Shown here in pieces: positions 24,730 through 37,221 of a stretch of 64,000 nt of DNA (within the stretch, counting starts at the first letter, position 1; every line of letters starts with the position of its first letter). A program made the translations under genes and the position numbers. Origin of the DNA: Phoronis australis (taxonomy: Eukaryota; Animalia; Phoronida). The DNA is taken from positions 1,055,890 to 1,119,889 of the forward strand of contig NMRA01000062.1 of the NCBI GenBank assembly GCA_002633005.1. Direction: 5' to 3'. Below the pieces are notes generated by a model. That model was not told where the DNA came from. It saw nothing but the letters and a program-made list of their open reading frames with translations, and did not search any database.

Positions 24730-27700
24730 CTATATTCTAAGTACATGGATTGGTCTAATCTTACCAATTCACTCATGAAGTTTAGTGTTGCAGGTTGTAT
24801 TGTTGACCACAATGAGACGAGACACATCCGGTAATTTAATAAATAGAACACTACGAATTTGAAAGTATACGAATATGATCAGCGACGTTATTCTTTGTCC
24901 TCGTTGCGTGACGGTTATGACTACGCCCTGAATTCAGTCTGGGTGACGAGGTCTTTACACATGCAAGCTATGGAAGACAGTTTCATAGATAAAATATATT
25001 CCATTAGGCACGTACGAGATCATTCTAGCAAAGACCTAGCTAAATGATGGAACAGTGAAACGTTACTAACCGACTGTCGAGATACTTAAAATCGGATGCT
25101 TTTGAGCTGATAATACATCTGTTGCTCGGTTCCTAACAACGTTGCTACACGACTGAGAGTACTTGTTTGTGAGCATTTGATAACGGTGAAATAATATGCA
25201 AGGCTTTTAGGAATTGACAACGATGACTTCGGAATAATGATAATTAATCAACTCAAAGCAGTCGTCAGATCGGGGACCACACTGCCCGATTAAATCTCTT
25301 CTAGGCCTTTTTTCCCACACCGCAGCACCGTGAAGTAGTTACTTTGAGTTTACCATGCGTCAAGGATAAAGAAACTACCTGTGTCACAGGAGTCGTGCTC
25401 GGTCAAGTATATAGTAAATGTAGCATCGATGTCTTAAGTATTTTACATCCACCCCTTTTGTATAAGAAATACGAGAACTTCGCACAGTGCCGACTTCACC
25501 AGAAAGGTAGACATAAGATATAAGTATTGGAAACCCATTTCGCTCAGGGTCTGAGCTCAGTCCACTAGGGTAGGTTGTTTACACAACTGTTAACTAAGAC
25601 CCAGCATTACAACATCTCCCGTATGCCAGGTCACAGACAGTGGTGTTCTTCAATGGAGCAATTTTAAAGTGTGCAGAGATGGTCTGGCACATCTCTACCG
25701 CTAGCTTTGTTTCTTGGTAGTGATGTGTGGTGTTACAATTTTATTTATTCCACTATCAGTTGTCTCATAACAAAAAATCCAAGTATTGAAGGACTTTTTT
25801 GTTTCTTTATTTGGAAAGTCGAATTTGTGCATGCTCAGTAATGCCCAAGATTTTCTGGAAAGTAGATGGTTACACAGCAAAATCTTGTTGTGACAATTTA
25901 AAAAATCACTCTAAAGCCCTCGACAATTAAACGAAATGTAATAACATACTTTACACGGATAAATACAATTCCACGAGAATGTATACTTTCTTTTGATATG
26001 GATATGTAGGTGTATCTTTGGCAAATGTGAGTCGATTTTGACCAAAAACATACCGTTGTGGTCGACATAAGATAACTCAAAATTAAATATCAAAATTATA
26101 AGCGAAAAATGCAACAGATAACCGAATACTCAGGCACATTTCACTCACAGACATAAACAAACTGCTGCACACTTTTTTATGTGTCGGTCCTACCCCAACT
26201 TACGGACCCCGGGCTTCAGACCATGAGCGAAATGCCCGTGACGTAAGACCTTTGACAAATAGAATTAAGCGCGTCACACGCATCCCAGACTTAAACCATA
26301 TACTTATATTAAGTCCATGGTTAAACATTGGAATCTGCTCAGTTGTCAAAAGTTTGCACTGATACCATTCCCAAAACATACAGGGTTCTCACAAAACATG
26401 TTCTGACTAAATTTGAATTGTATTTTGCAACGTCGATGATGTTAGCACTAACTAAAACTTGCAATGCATTATTTCTTTCAATTCTCTGACACATCAATGC
26501 TGGTTTATTGCGGTGAACACAAGGACTCGATTTGGTTAGTTTTGCGTTTTTGTATAATGAATACGTGGGATTCTTTAGTCATTTTTGTAACATTCACTCG
26601 TTTTGATCTCCACACCTGGTGGTTTGCTGGGCCAGTCACGTTTTTAAGAAGTATACCCTGAGTGAGAATTCATACTTTTTATTTGTCATCGATAAAAAGG
26701 AAAATGACCATCTAGTTACTGCAATTAAAACTTTAGTAAGATTATGCTAATTTATTACTTCTAGACTCGTCTGGCCGTCGAACGCGATATCCAAAATTAG
26801 AAAGCTGACTTCTGGTGTGATCTGAAAACTTTCTTGTTTAAAGAAATTAATCCCGCAATATTTACGCTCTCATGCAAAGTTTTGACCAATCGCCGCTTTC
26901 ACCATTTACTGGGAAATTTATGAGACATCTACATTTTTTCAGATCCATCATGAAGCGCAATATAAGAATCGGTTTCTTTACTTTACCCAGCCGACGTTAA
27001 TTCTCTGAAACGTCATCGTGTTTCTCCGCTCCGACTAAAATGATAAGAATCGTCAATGGGTTTTCGGGAACGTACATCTACGTGTATACTTTGCACACGT
27101 TCATACGTTTTCCATGAGAAATTTAGTGGAAATAATCCCGCTGTTTTTATTTTAATTAGAAAACGTTTGGATTGGGAAACGATTTACTTGATATTTTGAA
27201 TTCCACCAAATTTGACTAACACAGGGGAAATTATGCATGAGTTATCACTGTGCGTTTACTCAATTGAGAGTAGTATAGTGCCAGTGCCTCTCGATAGGAG
27301 ATACAAAAATACCGAAGTTACGACAACCATCGGGAATCAGAGGGGACATGACAGTTTCGGAATTCAGCAAGTTAACTTTTCCTGACTATTTCCGGAATAT
27401 TTGCGACCTCAAGTATTTCGAAATTCCGAAAATAATTCAGTAGTTACTTGCCGGGTCCCCATCACTTTGAGAACCAGTTTGAGGCGGTCACTAAGTGGAG
27501 AAAAGTGGTTTTCAAAAATTTGAAAGCTCGGTTAATGGCGTTACCGGCATGGGTAGAATGCACGAGTACTAAGAAGAACTTGATGGCGTTCTATTCCCAA
27601 CTTAGGCAATTACATCGCCCTGGATGCCGTAGGCAAGCAGGGGCGACAGTATACATCCCCACAAAAAGTTATTCATTTCAAAATACAGGAAATAAAATCA

Positions 27701-30059
27701 AATGATACACGCATGTATGCTCATGGAGTTATAAACAACTCATACCACCAGTCTGGAGACGATTCAGTCAAAATAATTTAAACAAATCGATGAAGATCTG
27801 TTTCTCTTACCGGGTGCCATTTTGAGGAAGTTACTGAAATCACGCATGTTGACGAATAAAAAATCCAAGGGACAGAAATCTTACAAATGTCACCTTCTAA
27901 TCAGTGCTATTTTGCAAGCGTCACGCGTTAGCGTCACGCGCTTCGCCCAGTCTCGCGCTAGCCTTTGCCTAATGCACGTGACTCAGTTGACATACTTTGT
28001 GGTTATCGTGCGCGTGGTGAAAAAGTTAACGGCAACCAAAAAAGTGGAGTTGGAATTCTTCGCCAAAGTCAACTTAATCCTCATAACTAAGCTTCATCGA
28101 AGATATGTATAGAATTAGAAAGGACCAATGATGAAAGTAAGAGCTTTTTTAAATGATAGTTTTAAGTGTGGAATGTATTTTGACGAGATGAAAACTCAAA
28201 ATCGGTGACCGGATTTGAGTTACCGTCCGTTTAAAATACCTGTAGGCTAACGAAATGCGTACAGAAAGCGAATTGTAGCCCTTAAATGGCCAACCGAGGG
28301 GCTACACGTTGCCTATACCCAACCAGACCATGTCAGAGAGTGCATCTATGCATGCTAACTCAAATTCATGAGCTGCACGTATGAACAGCTATATGTCCTC
28401 CCTAGTAGTTATGCATTGTTGCTACCTTTAACACGCCAGTGAAAACAGCGTACGGTCAAATTCTCTTCCTCCATGTGTTATCTGTTTGAACACAACTGCG
28501 GTTATGTTTTCAATGGAGGTATTTCTTATGAGTGACAGTTACTGGGTTTACAAAGAGCGGACAATTAGTCCTTCATTGAGACCATGCTCGGAGCATAAAT
28601 TGTCACGCCGTGACAAACCAAGGTGTTTAGACTGGTCTGAATATATAATAGCCAGGTGATTCGAAGCACTGGCATAACTTCTATTTTGACTAAGGAACAA
28701 TTTGAGTCCAATTGCATAGCTGCAAATGGTTTGAATCAAGTGTTGATTTGTGTGATGGAAGCCGGGTTCTAAAAATTTCTAAATGGACTCTCTGGAAGTT
28801 CGGTGTTTTCAGTTGAAAGATATTAAACTTATATTGTAATGAAAAATTCTTTTCCCAGAGTAGTATAGATATATAAAGCTGGTTCAAAAACGATCTCGTA
28901 TTGGAATACTTTGTTTCTCATTTGGAAAGCCATTTATTCTGTTATCTAGCTTGGCAAGAGTCAGAAGCCCTTAATTCATTTTAATGTAAACAACGTATCA
29001 CAGAACCGGTACTGAACGTTCATAAACGGTAAGCATTTGTTGAGCGCGTCCCGTGTGTAACTATGTTCCCTAACCACATATTTTGTGACTTAAATGTTGT
29101 TGTTGAAAATAAAATAATATTACATTTACTTCACCGTGTCATTTATATAACCACCTAAGCCAGCTATATCTATCACCTCTCAGAAATATAGTCGTCGGGA
29201 CTTTGTATGCAAGAAACACAAAGCATATAACTGAGCTAATTTTTATCAGAGGCTGAGGAAAGACGTGAATCTGTTGTCGATGATGAAGTATGTGCTCGAG
29301 TGTACATAATTGTTCACATATTATTGTTTGTGAGCGTGGGCCAGTGCACTCGTTACGCGAAGAAATAAATTATCGTATCGAGAGCAATCGAATGCTAAAT
29401 AAGAATATTTCAATCGCATGTTTTCATTTTAGCGCGTGTAATATTACACCACATGCCGTGAGCAATGAAGAACGTTAAGAGGCATTGGAGTGTCATGTTC
29501 AATCAGACGTTCAAGTTAAAAAGTTAAACATGTAACCCCTAAAGGGGTTAAAAGATATTAAGCTTTTATTCATGTCGATATTTCAGAATTTTTTGAAATC
29601 GGAAACTCATTTTCTCGGAAAAGATTAGCTATCTTATCTTTCGCTTAATGGATGGTATATAATTATGTAAGTGTAAACTCAATAGATGGGATTGCGTGAA
29701 GATAAGATTCTTATGGTTGGGTAGAACTGCAACCTACAAGCTCAGTACACACGACTGCTTATAGTCATGTCACATGTTTATCACAAGTATTCAAATGTCA
29801 TTGGTCCAAAGTACAATTACAGCTGTTAAAGTTATAATACTAGAGAAGCATAAACAGTTGTTTATGTAACGATAATCTTTTGCAAAATGAATGATAAATG
29901 AAACTAATAAATCGGTTTAGACTGGGAGTGCATCAATACAACTCTTAACTCATGGAATGCTGGGCATACAATTATAAAATGGTATTCATCCCCGATGTCA
30001 GAATAGTTACAGCAATAGCAACGTATAAACTGTTCAAAATTATCAGAATTTACCCCTGT

Positions 30060-30660
30060 CTTTGTTAGTTGACCTATTTGATAAAATGGTATACCCGACC
30101 TTAACTATGGTGAAGAAGTGTGGGGGTTCGACAAGTATTGAACAAGTGCATTGAACGTGTTCATATTAAATTTTGTAAAAGGATCCTGGGTGTAGGATCA
30201 ACCTGTTCAAATCCTGCAGCGTTAAGCAAATGTGGTGGCTACTCGTTGTTTATTAATTATTATGTTAAATGCATTGAGTACTGGTTCAAAAATTTGAAGA
30301 TGCATTTTAACATACATAAAAAACATCCTACGATTTATTTTTAGTTTGGATTCCAAAGGAAGGTGTCGCTATATCTGGACGTCTGCAGTTAAAAAACTTC
30401 TATGCAAACACGGTTTCATGAGGTCTGGTTGAAACAGGGTGTTGCCTGTGAGGCAACATTAATTGGCATTTTTTCTCAACGTGTCATTTTCAGGGCTGAC
30501 AGGGCGACGTGGATAATAATTCTGAGTTATGATACTTTTCTCAATTTAAATTAAAGTGTACAATTGGACATCTTATCGAATTTGCCTAGAAAATTCACAC
30601 AGTCTTTGACGCGTTCTGCTGTGCGATTTAGCTATCGAAATCGGCAGGCGTAATTCTGTA
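30060..30660 (+). mobile_element. Degenerate non-LTR retrotransposon 3' remnant (post-RT region)
   Basis: P.LNYGEEVWG...IERVHIKFCKRILGV...SN.AAL..CG...CIEYW.K is a typical LINE ORF2 C-terminal pattern; interrupted by stops and frameshifts. Confidence 0.75.
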
Positions 30661-31596
30661 ACTTAGTCTGACTGCTTCTACTGTGGAACTGTCTGCAAAC
30701 AGCCTCTGGTAGCAACAGGAATTCGTAACTTGATGTTCGAACAGCTTGCAAGGTGCTAGGCGTTGCTGTTACACGGTTGTTTAAAAATCATTACATTCTG
30801 AGGATCTGGAAATAATACATGATATTTCTCATACCCCAGATACGGAAATTATTAACAACGAACCAGTTTGAGGTACAGTTAAAAATTAGTTCAAAACCAT
30901 ATCGTCTATCAGAAAACATTGAACATTGCCGTCAGTTCGCATTGAACATTTTGTATCTAAAACACATCGCTTTAATTGAATCCAAGTGGAGACAAAACGT
31001 GCGAACTACTGCGAATATGTGTGAATGTTACATGTACCATTTCGGCCCACATTTGATTCAAATGCAAATTAAGAGCGTACCAATATGCAACAATTTAAAC
31101 GCAGAAAATGGATAATTCGTCATCTCAGTTAAAGCCAGTTGTGTTTGCATGCTTCTAACTATGCTAATGTATAACAAGAACTAAAACGCAATGGTATTTG
31201 AACATCATCTACGGTAAGCAAAGCGCAGTGATATTCATAGACAACTTGTAAATGTGAATTTGCAAGTAGGTGACCTTTGTACTAATGACGTACTTTGGAG
31301 ACTCATACAGACCGCATCATGCAGTGTTATTCCACAACACCAGGTCACGATACTTACTGGACAAGGTTGAGTGATTTACGGAGGGTCATTTTCGACACAA
31401 AACTCGTTCTTAAACATTTCGTTATTTTCAACGTACTTACTAATCACACTGTCGCCATATGTTGTGTTTCTAATTATTTTGACCAAGCAATCTCAGAGAT
31501 AAGGAATCAGTATGCAAGTTCCACTTTAAGTAATGTTTCCCCACAGGAACGTATAAAGACCAGGATAGTAAATCGCATTTGTCCCACACTGAACTA

Positions 31597-31795
31597 CATA
31601 CGCGCACCCAGCCTCTAGTTTGGGGGGATCGAATTTCTGACCAAGTGGACCTTTAGCTAACAAAAAAGCCGGGGGACTAAAAACCACCCTCAGTACTGTG
31701 AAATGTGCGTCTGCTCCCTTTTAGTAGACTTTTGTCTCGTTTCCGCGGCCTTTTTGTTTCTCTGAGGCGATCCTCTTTGCCCGCTTCGCCAACTG
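31597..31795 (+). mobile_element. MITE, family CATGCGCGCACCC, 3'-truncated copy 2
   Basis: catacgcgcacccagcct...gtggaccttt...tttctctgaggcg...cttcgccaa aligns to the other copies. Confidence 0.75.
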
Positions 31796-34700
31796 TGGCA
31801 CTCGAAATGCAGAACAGCATCATAGAAAGAATAACGAAGGAATAGTTCCAGTCGCTATGACTGCTCTGGGTTAATGAAAGTCCTTGTTTACACCCTGTCT
31901 CAAGGCACCTGAAAAAGGGCAAAACGATCAACTATTACTACAATGGGAGGAAGTTTTCTGGTAATGTTTCGAGCATTTTCGCAAAAAAAATTCGCTCTTT
32001 ACTCGCATGATTATACGAAGTCTGGCGATTTTTTCTTCGCTAGGAATTAGGTGTGTACAACGATCTCCTGTCTTGAGCGTTCATTCGAATTGTGGTTCAC
32101 GCCGTTTATAGGCGCATTACGGCGTTACGCCGTTGCTGCCAACTTCGATTCTAAGCCCAACAACAAGTTGGGAAGATCACCTCTGTAGCCAATATCTTAC
32201 ACGACTGATTAACTCCATTTTGGAAATTACGGTTGCAGGGCCAGCTCTCTTCTGTTCTATAATTGCTCTAATCTCCGATCAGATCATATCTAGCCTGAAC
32301 CGGCTGTGCTGTTAAAAATAAAAATAAAAGTTAAGTTGCAACATATTTTAACATAAATCAATAGCATTTCTGAATTCCTTGTCAAATACTGACCACGAAA
32401 TCGCCCAACGACAACAGAAGTTATGACAATCCATTCTGCCAGGTTTCAGTAATCATTTGAAGCTTGGGAGATAATTGGTCTGCTTGTTGTCACAGGGGAC
32501 AGACCTCTGTGCTGGGCAGTTAACAAATAAGCCAGATGTTATTGCAGAACCCCTCACGTCTGGAAACGGTGCTGAACGACGCCGTCATGCGCGTTCGACC
32601 CCTGTGTTTTCACTTATCGTCTTGTGTAGCAACTATAGATCATATTTCAACATGTTTGACAGTATGTGTAACCATGACATTCAGTCAACTGAGATGTGAA
32701 TAATAGTTGTCGTGCTTTCTACCAAACGTGCACCATTCTGAAGACGATAGATTTTGAGTGACGTCTCAACTGACCAATCAGAATGCAGCATTCTTGACAC
32801 ACCTTCGTTTCCAAGTCGCCATTTTACCCCGCCGACAAACAACACGTTGCTGGGTAAATCTTATTGTTTGTCGACATTTCGCAAGGGGGCGGAGCTTGTG
32901 ATATGTCAATTAAGCGGCTTGTTAAACTAAAACTTATGTCTGGTGCATACTTTTCACGGATAAACGACTGCCATTGCCACCCCATTAACAATAGTTTCCA
33001 AGGAAAACATGTACATCTGGGAATTTTCATCAAACGGAAAATCTGTTATACGAATCAAAATTGAGGTTGGTCAGTTCTTGTAGGCTATTATTGCAATCAC
33101 TTGTCTTAGCAGGTTGTTTAATATCATATTGTTGATTATTTTTCTTGGAAAGCCATGATTCTGTCATGGGTGTATTTGGTGCTTTTTCGTCTGTTGATGC
33201 AATACACGCTATACACGGCAGGTCAACGTTGCTATTTTTAAGATATGAAAAGTAATAATCATTAATTTTGTCTAATTTCTTTTTTACCTGGTGTGATATC
33301 ATAAGGATAGAGTTGTTAATGGCCCTTGGAGGGGCTCGAAAAACCGCAGACGTGTCACTTGAGTAACTGCGCCAGAGATAAAAGTCGAGATCACAAACGA
33401 AAAGCGTTTTTATACAGGACCAATCAAAAGTTTAATAGATATACGAGATCGAGGTAGACGTCTGTGAAAAATGATACACGAGAAAAACTTTTTGGTAGAT
33501 AAGTGAGTTACGGCGCGCCCTCACCAAAGGCCGAAAATCATCAATTCAAACAAATATAACAGTTTTCGTGTTGGAGTATTTTGCCGAAAAAAAGAAATTG
33601 GTAACGTGCATTTTGCTCTCGTAATTGCGGGGGGGAAATTCCGAAATCTAAACATAACTTGTTGCCTGAAGACTAAAAAGTCGGATAAGGCTTGACGACT
33701 TGACTGGGCAGTTCAGAAGTAGATTACTATACCTGGAGGATTCAATCAGATCATCACGGTAAGAATAATATTTGCTAAATGTGCGTTTAGGTTTCCAGTA
33801 CCCACGTTCAAGGGTCACGTGACTAGTACATTTCAGATAAACTTTGCTTAAAATGAGTTTGGTAACGAAACAACACCATAGTGTCAAAATCTGATTTCAA
33901 CAGGTCAGTAAGTTTTAATGTTTGTCGTAGACATAACCAGGTAACTCTATACCCAGGAAAATGAACTCTTTCACTAATTCCGTAACCCTATCAGTGTGAC
34001 TCATTATTATGTACCTGCTCACTGTATCCCACATGCCTTTGTGCAGGTTTCAAGGCAAGATTAATAAAATTCTTCTATGTTAACCAAGTCAGTGAAATAA
34101 ACAACATTCCACCTGGCCCGCTTTGCGCCGTTCACTTCCTTAAGTGTTGTTTCACGTTGTGACGGTTTTGGGATTGTATTCTCTTAGCATTTCAATAACA
34201 TCTGCGATCGCTCTGTCGTGAAAGGTGAAACAATAATACGTTTGATCTCACTGTCAGTTTATATATGGAAAATTCCATCTTTGGATATTTTAATATTTTG
34301 GATTCAGTTCACAACGCTATATCAATATTTCCATTCCTACAACGTTCTGTAAGTAAACATTCAGTTGTTTCTTGCTTTCGAGCAGAGAAATTTTAACAGG
34401 CACCTGTTGAAATTTCCGGGTTTGATATTCAACAATATCGTTCCACGGCAAACACGATCATTTTCGTAACATAATACGACTTGAAAAACCATAATAGAAG
34501 TAGCAAATTGTCCTGCGTTTTGCCTAGTAACCGATTGAACGGTTACTAGGGAAATTCAGTATGGAGTGACCTCAATCCATTTCAAGTCACCGTTTTTGCA
34601 TAAACTCACAGATTTATTTGATATTTCGAGACTTGCAATTTGCCATACCTAAACTAGATTTAATTCCAGTACTCTTGCAAGTGGCATGTGTCAACCTGGG

Positions 34701-36542
34701 GCAATTACAATTGCACGTGTGTTGTGTTTCAGGTGTGCTTCAATGTCAGTATTTTAGTGTCAAAAATTGAAGATTTAGAAAGGTATTCATGTATTTCTAC
34801 AACCAAGGTTGGGATAAACTTCACCCAATTTCTTCACATCAGAGTTAAAAATCAGTTTACAATGTTTTGGTCTAGGAGCCACAAAGTGTATCGAGGAACA
34901 GTGTTGAAGCTTGTTGGACAGAATCTTTGAAGAGCTATAGGTGTTTCGTGGGGGAAAAGGACTTGGCAAGAAATTCATGCATTTCGAGATGGAAAACGGG
35001 CGTCATCTTTCATGAAGACGGTGTTCACATAGAGCGTGGATTGAAATGACTTGACAATAATATCAGGGATGGGTTTTGGAAGTGGTTATAATTTTAGAAA
35101 CGCTTCATTTTAATTGCCAAGCTCTTTATTTCTCTAGCTTCCAAATTAAATCTCGAAACTCCTGAGTAAACATCAGGCCTTTATTTGGCCGGTAACGTGC
35201 AATTTCACGGTAATACACATTAGCTGATGCGTTAAGATAAGAAACCTTCATAAAGGTTTTACCTCCGTATGTGCTATTTCCGTAAATATCGTTGAAGTTT
35301 TAGCTGAGGTCGCTTCGGTCAGATCAGCCTTGTTTGCAGTAACTTTTATTATTATTCCGCGGTAAAGCGGTTTCCTTTCTTTTGAGTTTTATATCCGTCG
35401 AGAATTTAATTTACACTTATATTTTCAAAGTAAATACACACAAATTAGCGTGGGATATCATTAAACCTGAGTTAAAATTCCTGAGAAAGTAACACATTTC
35501 AGAGTATGTTGGAGCGATCGAACGTTATAAACGACAGGTACATTGTACGTTATAATAGGACTCGACTGTGCTTTTCCTGGACCTTCTCATTCTGTAGATA
35601 TTGGTTAACTAAACAGGCTTGTCGACAAAGTGCTCTACTGTATGAAGTTAATGTCGCGCCTTGTTATTGGTTCGTTAATTTGGCCGCCGAAAAAAGATTC
35701 ATATACGAATGTTGTGTTGACTTTCAAGGCATCTCACCATTCACTTAAAAGTAGTTCCATTGCCAGACCAGTGTTAATTAACATGTTTATTGCCCCCACA
35801 GCCGAGTAGGTAATGAACTATTGCAATCGCTGATAAAAGCGTGTCGAGTTTATAGTCCCTGTAACCCCCGAGATTCATTTCGCGTTATGTGCCGGACGCA
35901 TATCTCAAACTGACTTAAGCTTGTGAGGATCTATTCTGCCGCTCCTAAGCCAGAATGCGTCAGATAGATTAGTGGATTGTTCCGTCAATTCCCGATATGG
36001 CACAAGCCTAATAAAGCCGGTGACCAATTTATTACGCTGTTTCTCGTCTGCTCCTTCTGCGCTCATTTGGCTTAGTCAGCACATTTCTTGACTTGCTCTA
36101 TGAGAAGTAAACTCTCCAACTTAATTAGGCTCGATACAAATTTGCTATACTCCGTTGACATGGAATTGTGTCAGGATCTCTTTAAACATAGCAAATCGTA
36201 TTCAAGGCTTCAACCACACAAACTCTAGGTTTCGAACTGCAACTGTCTTCAACCCGAAGGTCTAGTCCTAATGAACACACCATTTACAACACGTCCTATA
36301 GACTAATCAAGTCGCTCTCAGCAGTAGAGACATCTCCCTTTTGGCACATGCTGAACACCATCTGGATACCTAGTGTTTCAGCACCTCAATGAATGAAGAC
36401 AATTCGAGTAATCACCAAATGGCAGCATAAGAATGGCAGCCTCTTTTGCATGGCGCGTAGCAAGGTGTACATATACATTCTGTGAATGGCGAATAGACAG
36501 CACTCCAAACAAGTTTATATGCAGTTTGCACACCTGATAGTA

Positions 36543-37221
36543 CATAGGCGGACTTAGGGGGGGAGGGGGGGGGNNNNNNNNNNNNNNNNNNNNNNNNNNN
36601 NNNNNNNNNNNGAATTTTAATAGAAGCCTTAGTGAATCACTCAGAAACTCGCAATACTCTCTTTGTCAAACCTTATGTTAAGACGATTTCCAAAGCAATC
36701 CCCGGTCATTATTGCCAACACGAATAACGGATTTGGTTTTTTGGGCATTTTAAGACTATTTTGAATACGACCAATTTGTTAAGAATCGATGGCACAAAAC
36801 GTGTAATAAGCATTACAAAAAGAAGTAGGTTTCGCACGCAAACGCTGTGGACCATAAACAAGTACGTCTCTTAGTATGTGATCAGTAGTTAAATCGTGGT
36901 GGTGTAGTGGTAACGCACGCGCGCTCTATGCGCAAGGTCGTGAGTTCGAGTCTTAGGTATTCGCAGTTTTTCCTGTTTGACACGTTCTCCGTGTTTTTTT
37001 TTTGCCTTTTTTCTTGGTTAATACTTTAGGAATCAAGGAAAATACTTGATTTTTAGAGGTCAAAACAGAAAAATTTCCTGGGTGGGAGGGGGGCAAACCC
37101 CCCTCCCGACCTCCTCCCATTTGGTGCTATGCGCATCTACAATCGTGGTTCAGTTTGCGCAAATGTTTACAGCAGGACAAAATGTTGGGCCCCCCCTTGT
37201 GATATCCTAGATCCGCCACTG
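36543..37221. mobile_element. MITE-like element (GGCGGA..TAG / CTAGATCCGCC ends) spanning an N-gap
   Basis: Imperfect terminal inverted repeats ggcggacttag / ctagatccgcc with G/C-run subtermini. Confidence 0.45.
36893..36964 (+). pseudogene. tRNA-derived sequence (SINE head or pseudo-tRNA, TCT anticodon position)
   Basis: A box TGGTGTAGTGG, B box GAGTTCGAGTC, D-stem gtgt/acgc and anticodon arm present; acceptor stem does not pair. Confidence 0.65.

Noticed and set aside
35965-36030. gtggattg...gcctaataaagccgg resembling a hammerhead-bearing repeat
   Set aside because: CTGANGA and GAAA core residues are absent.
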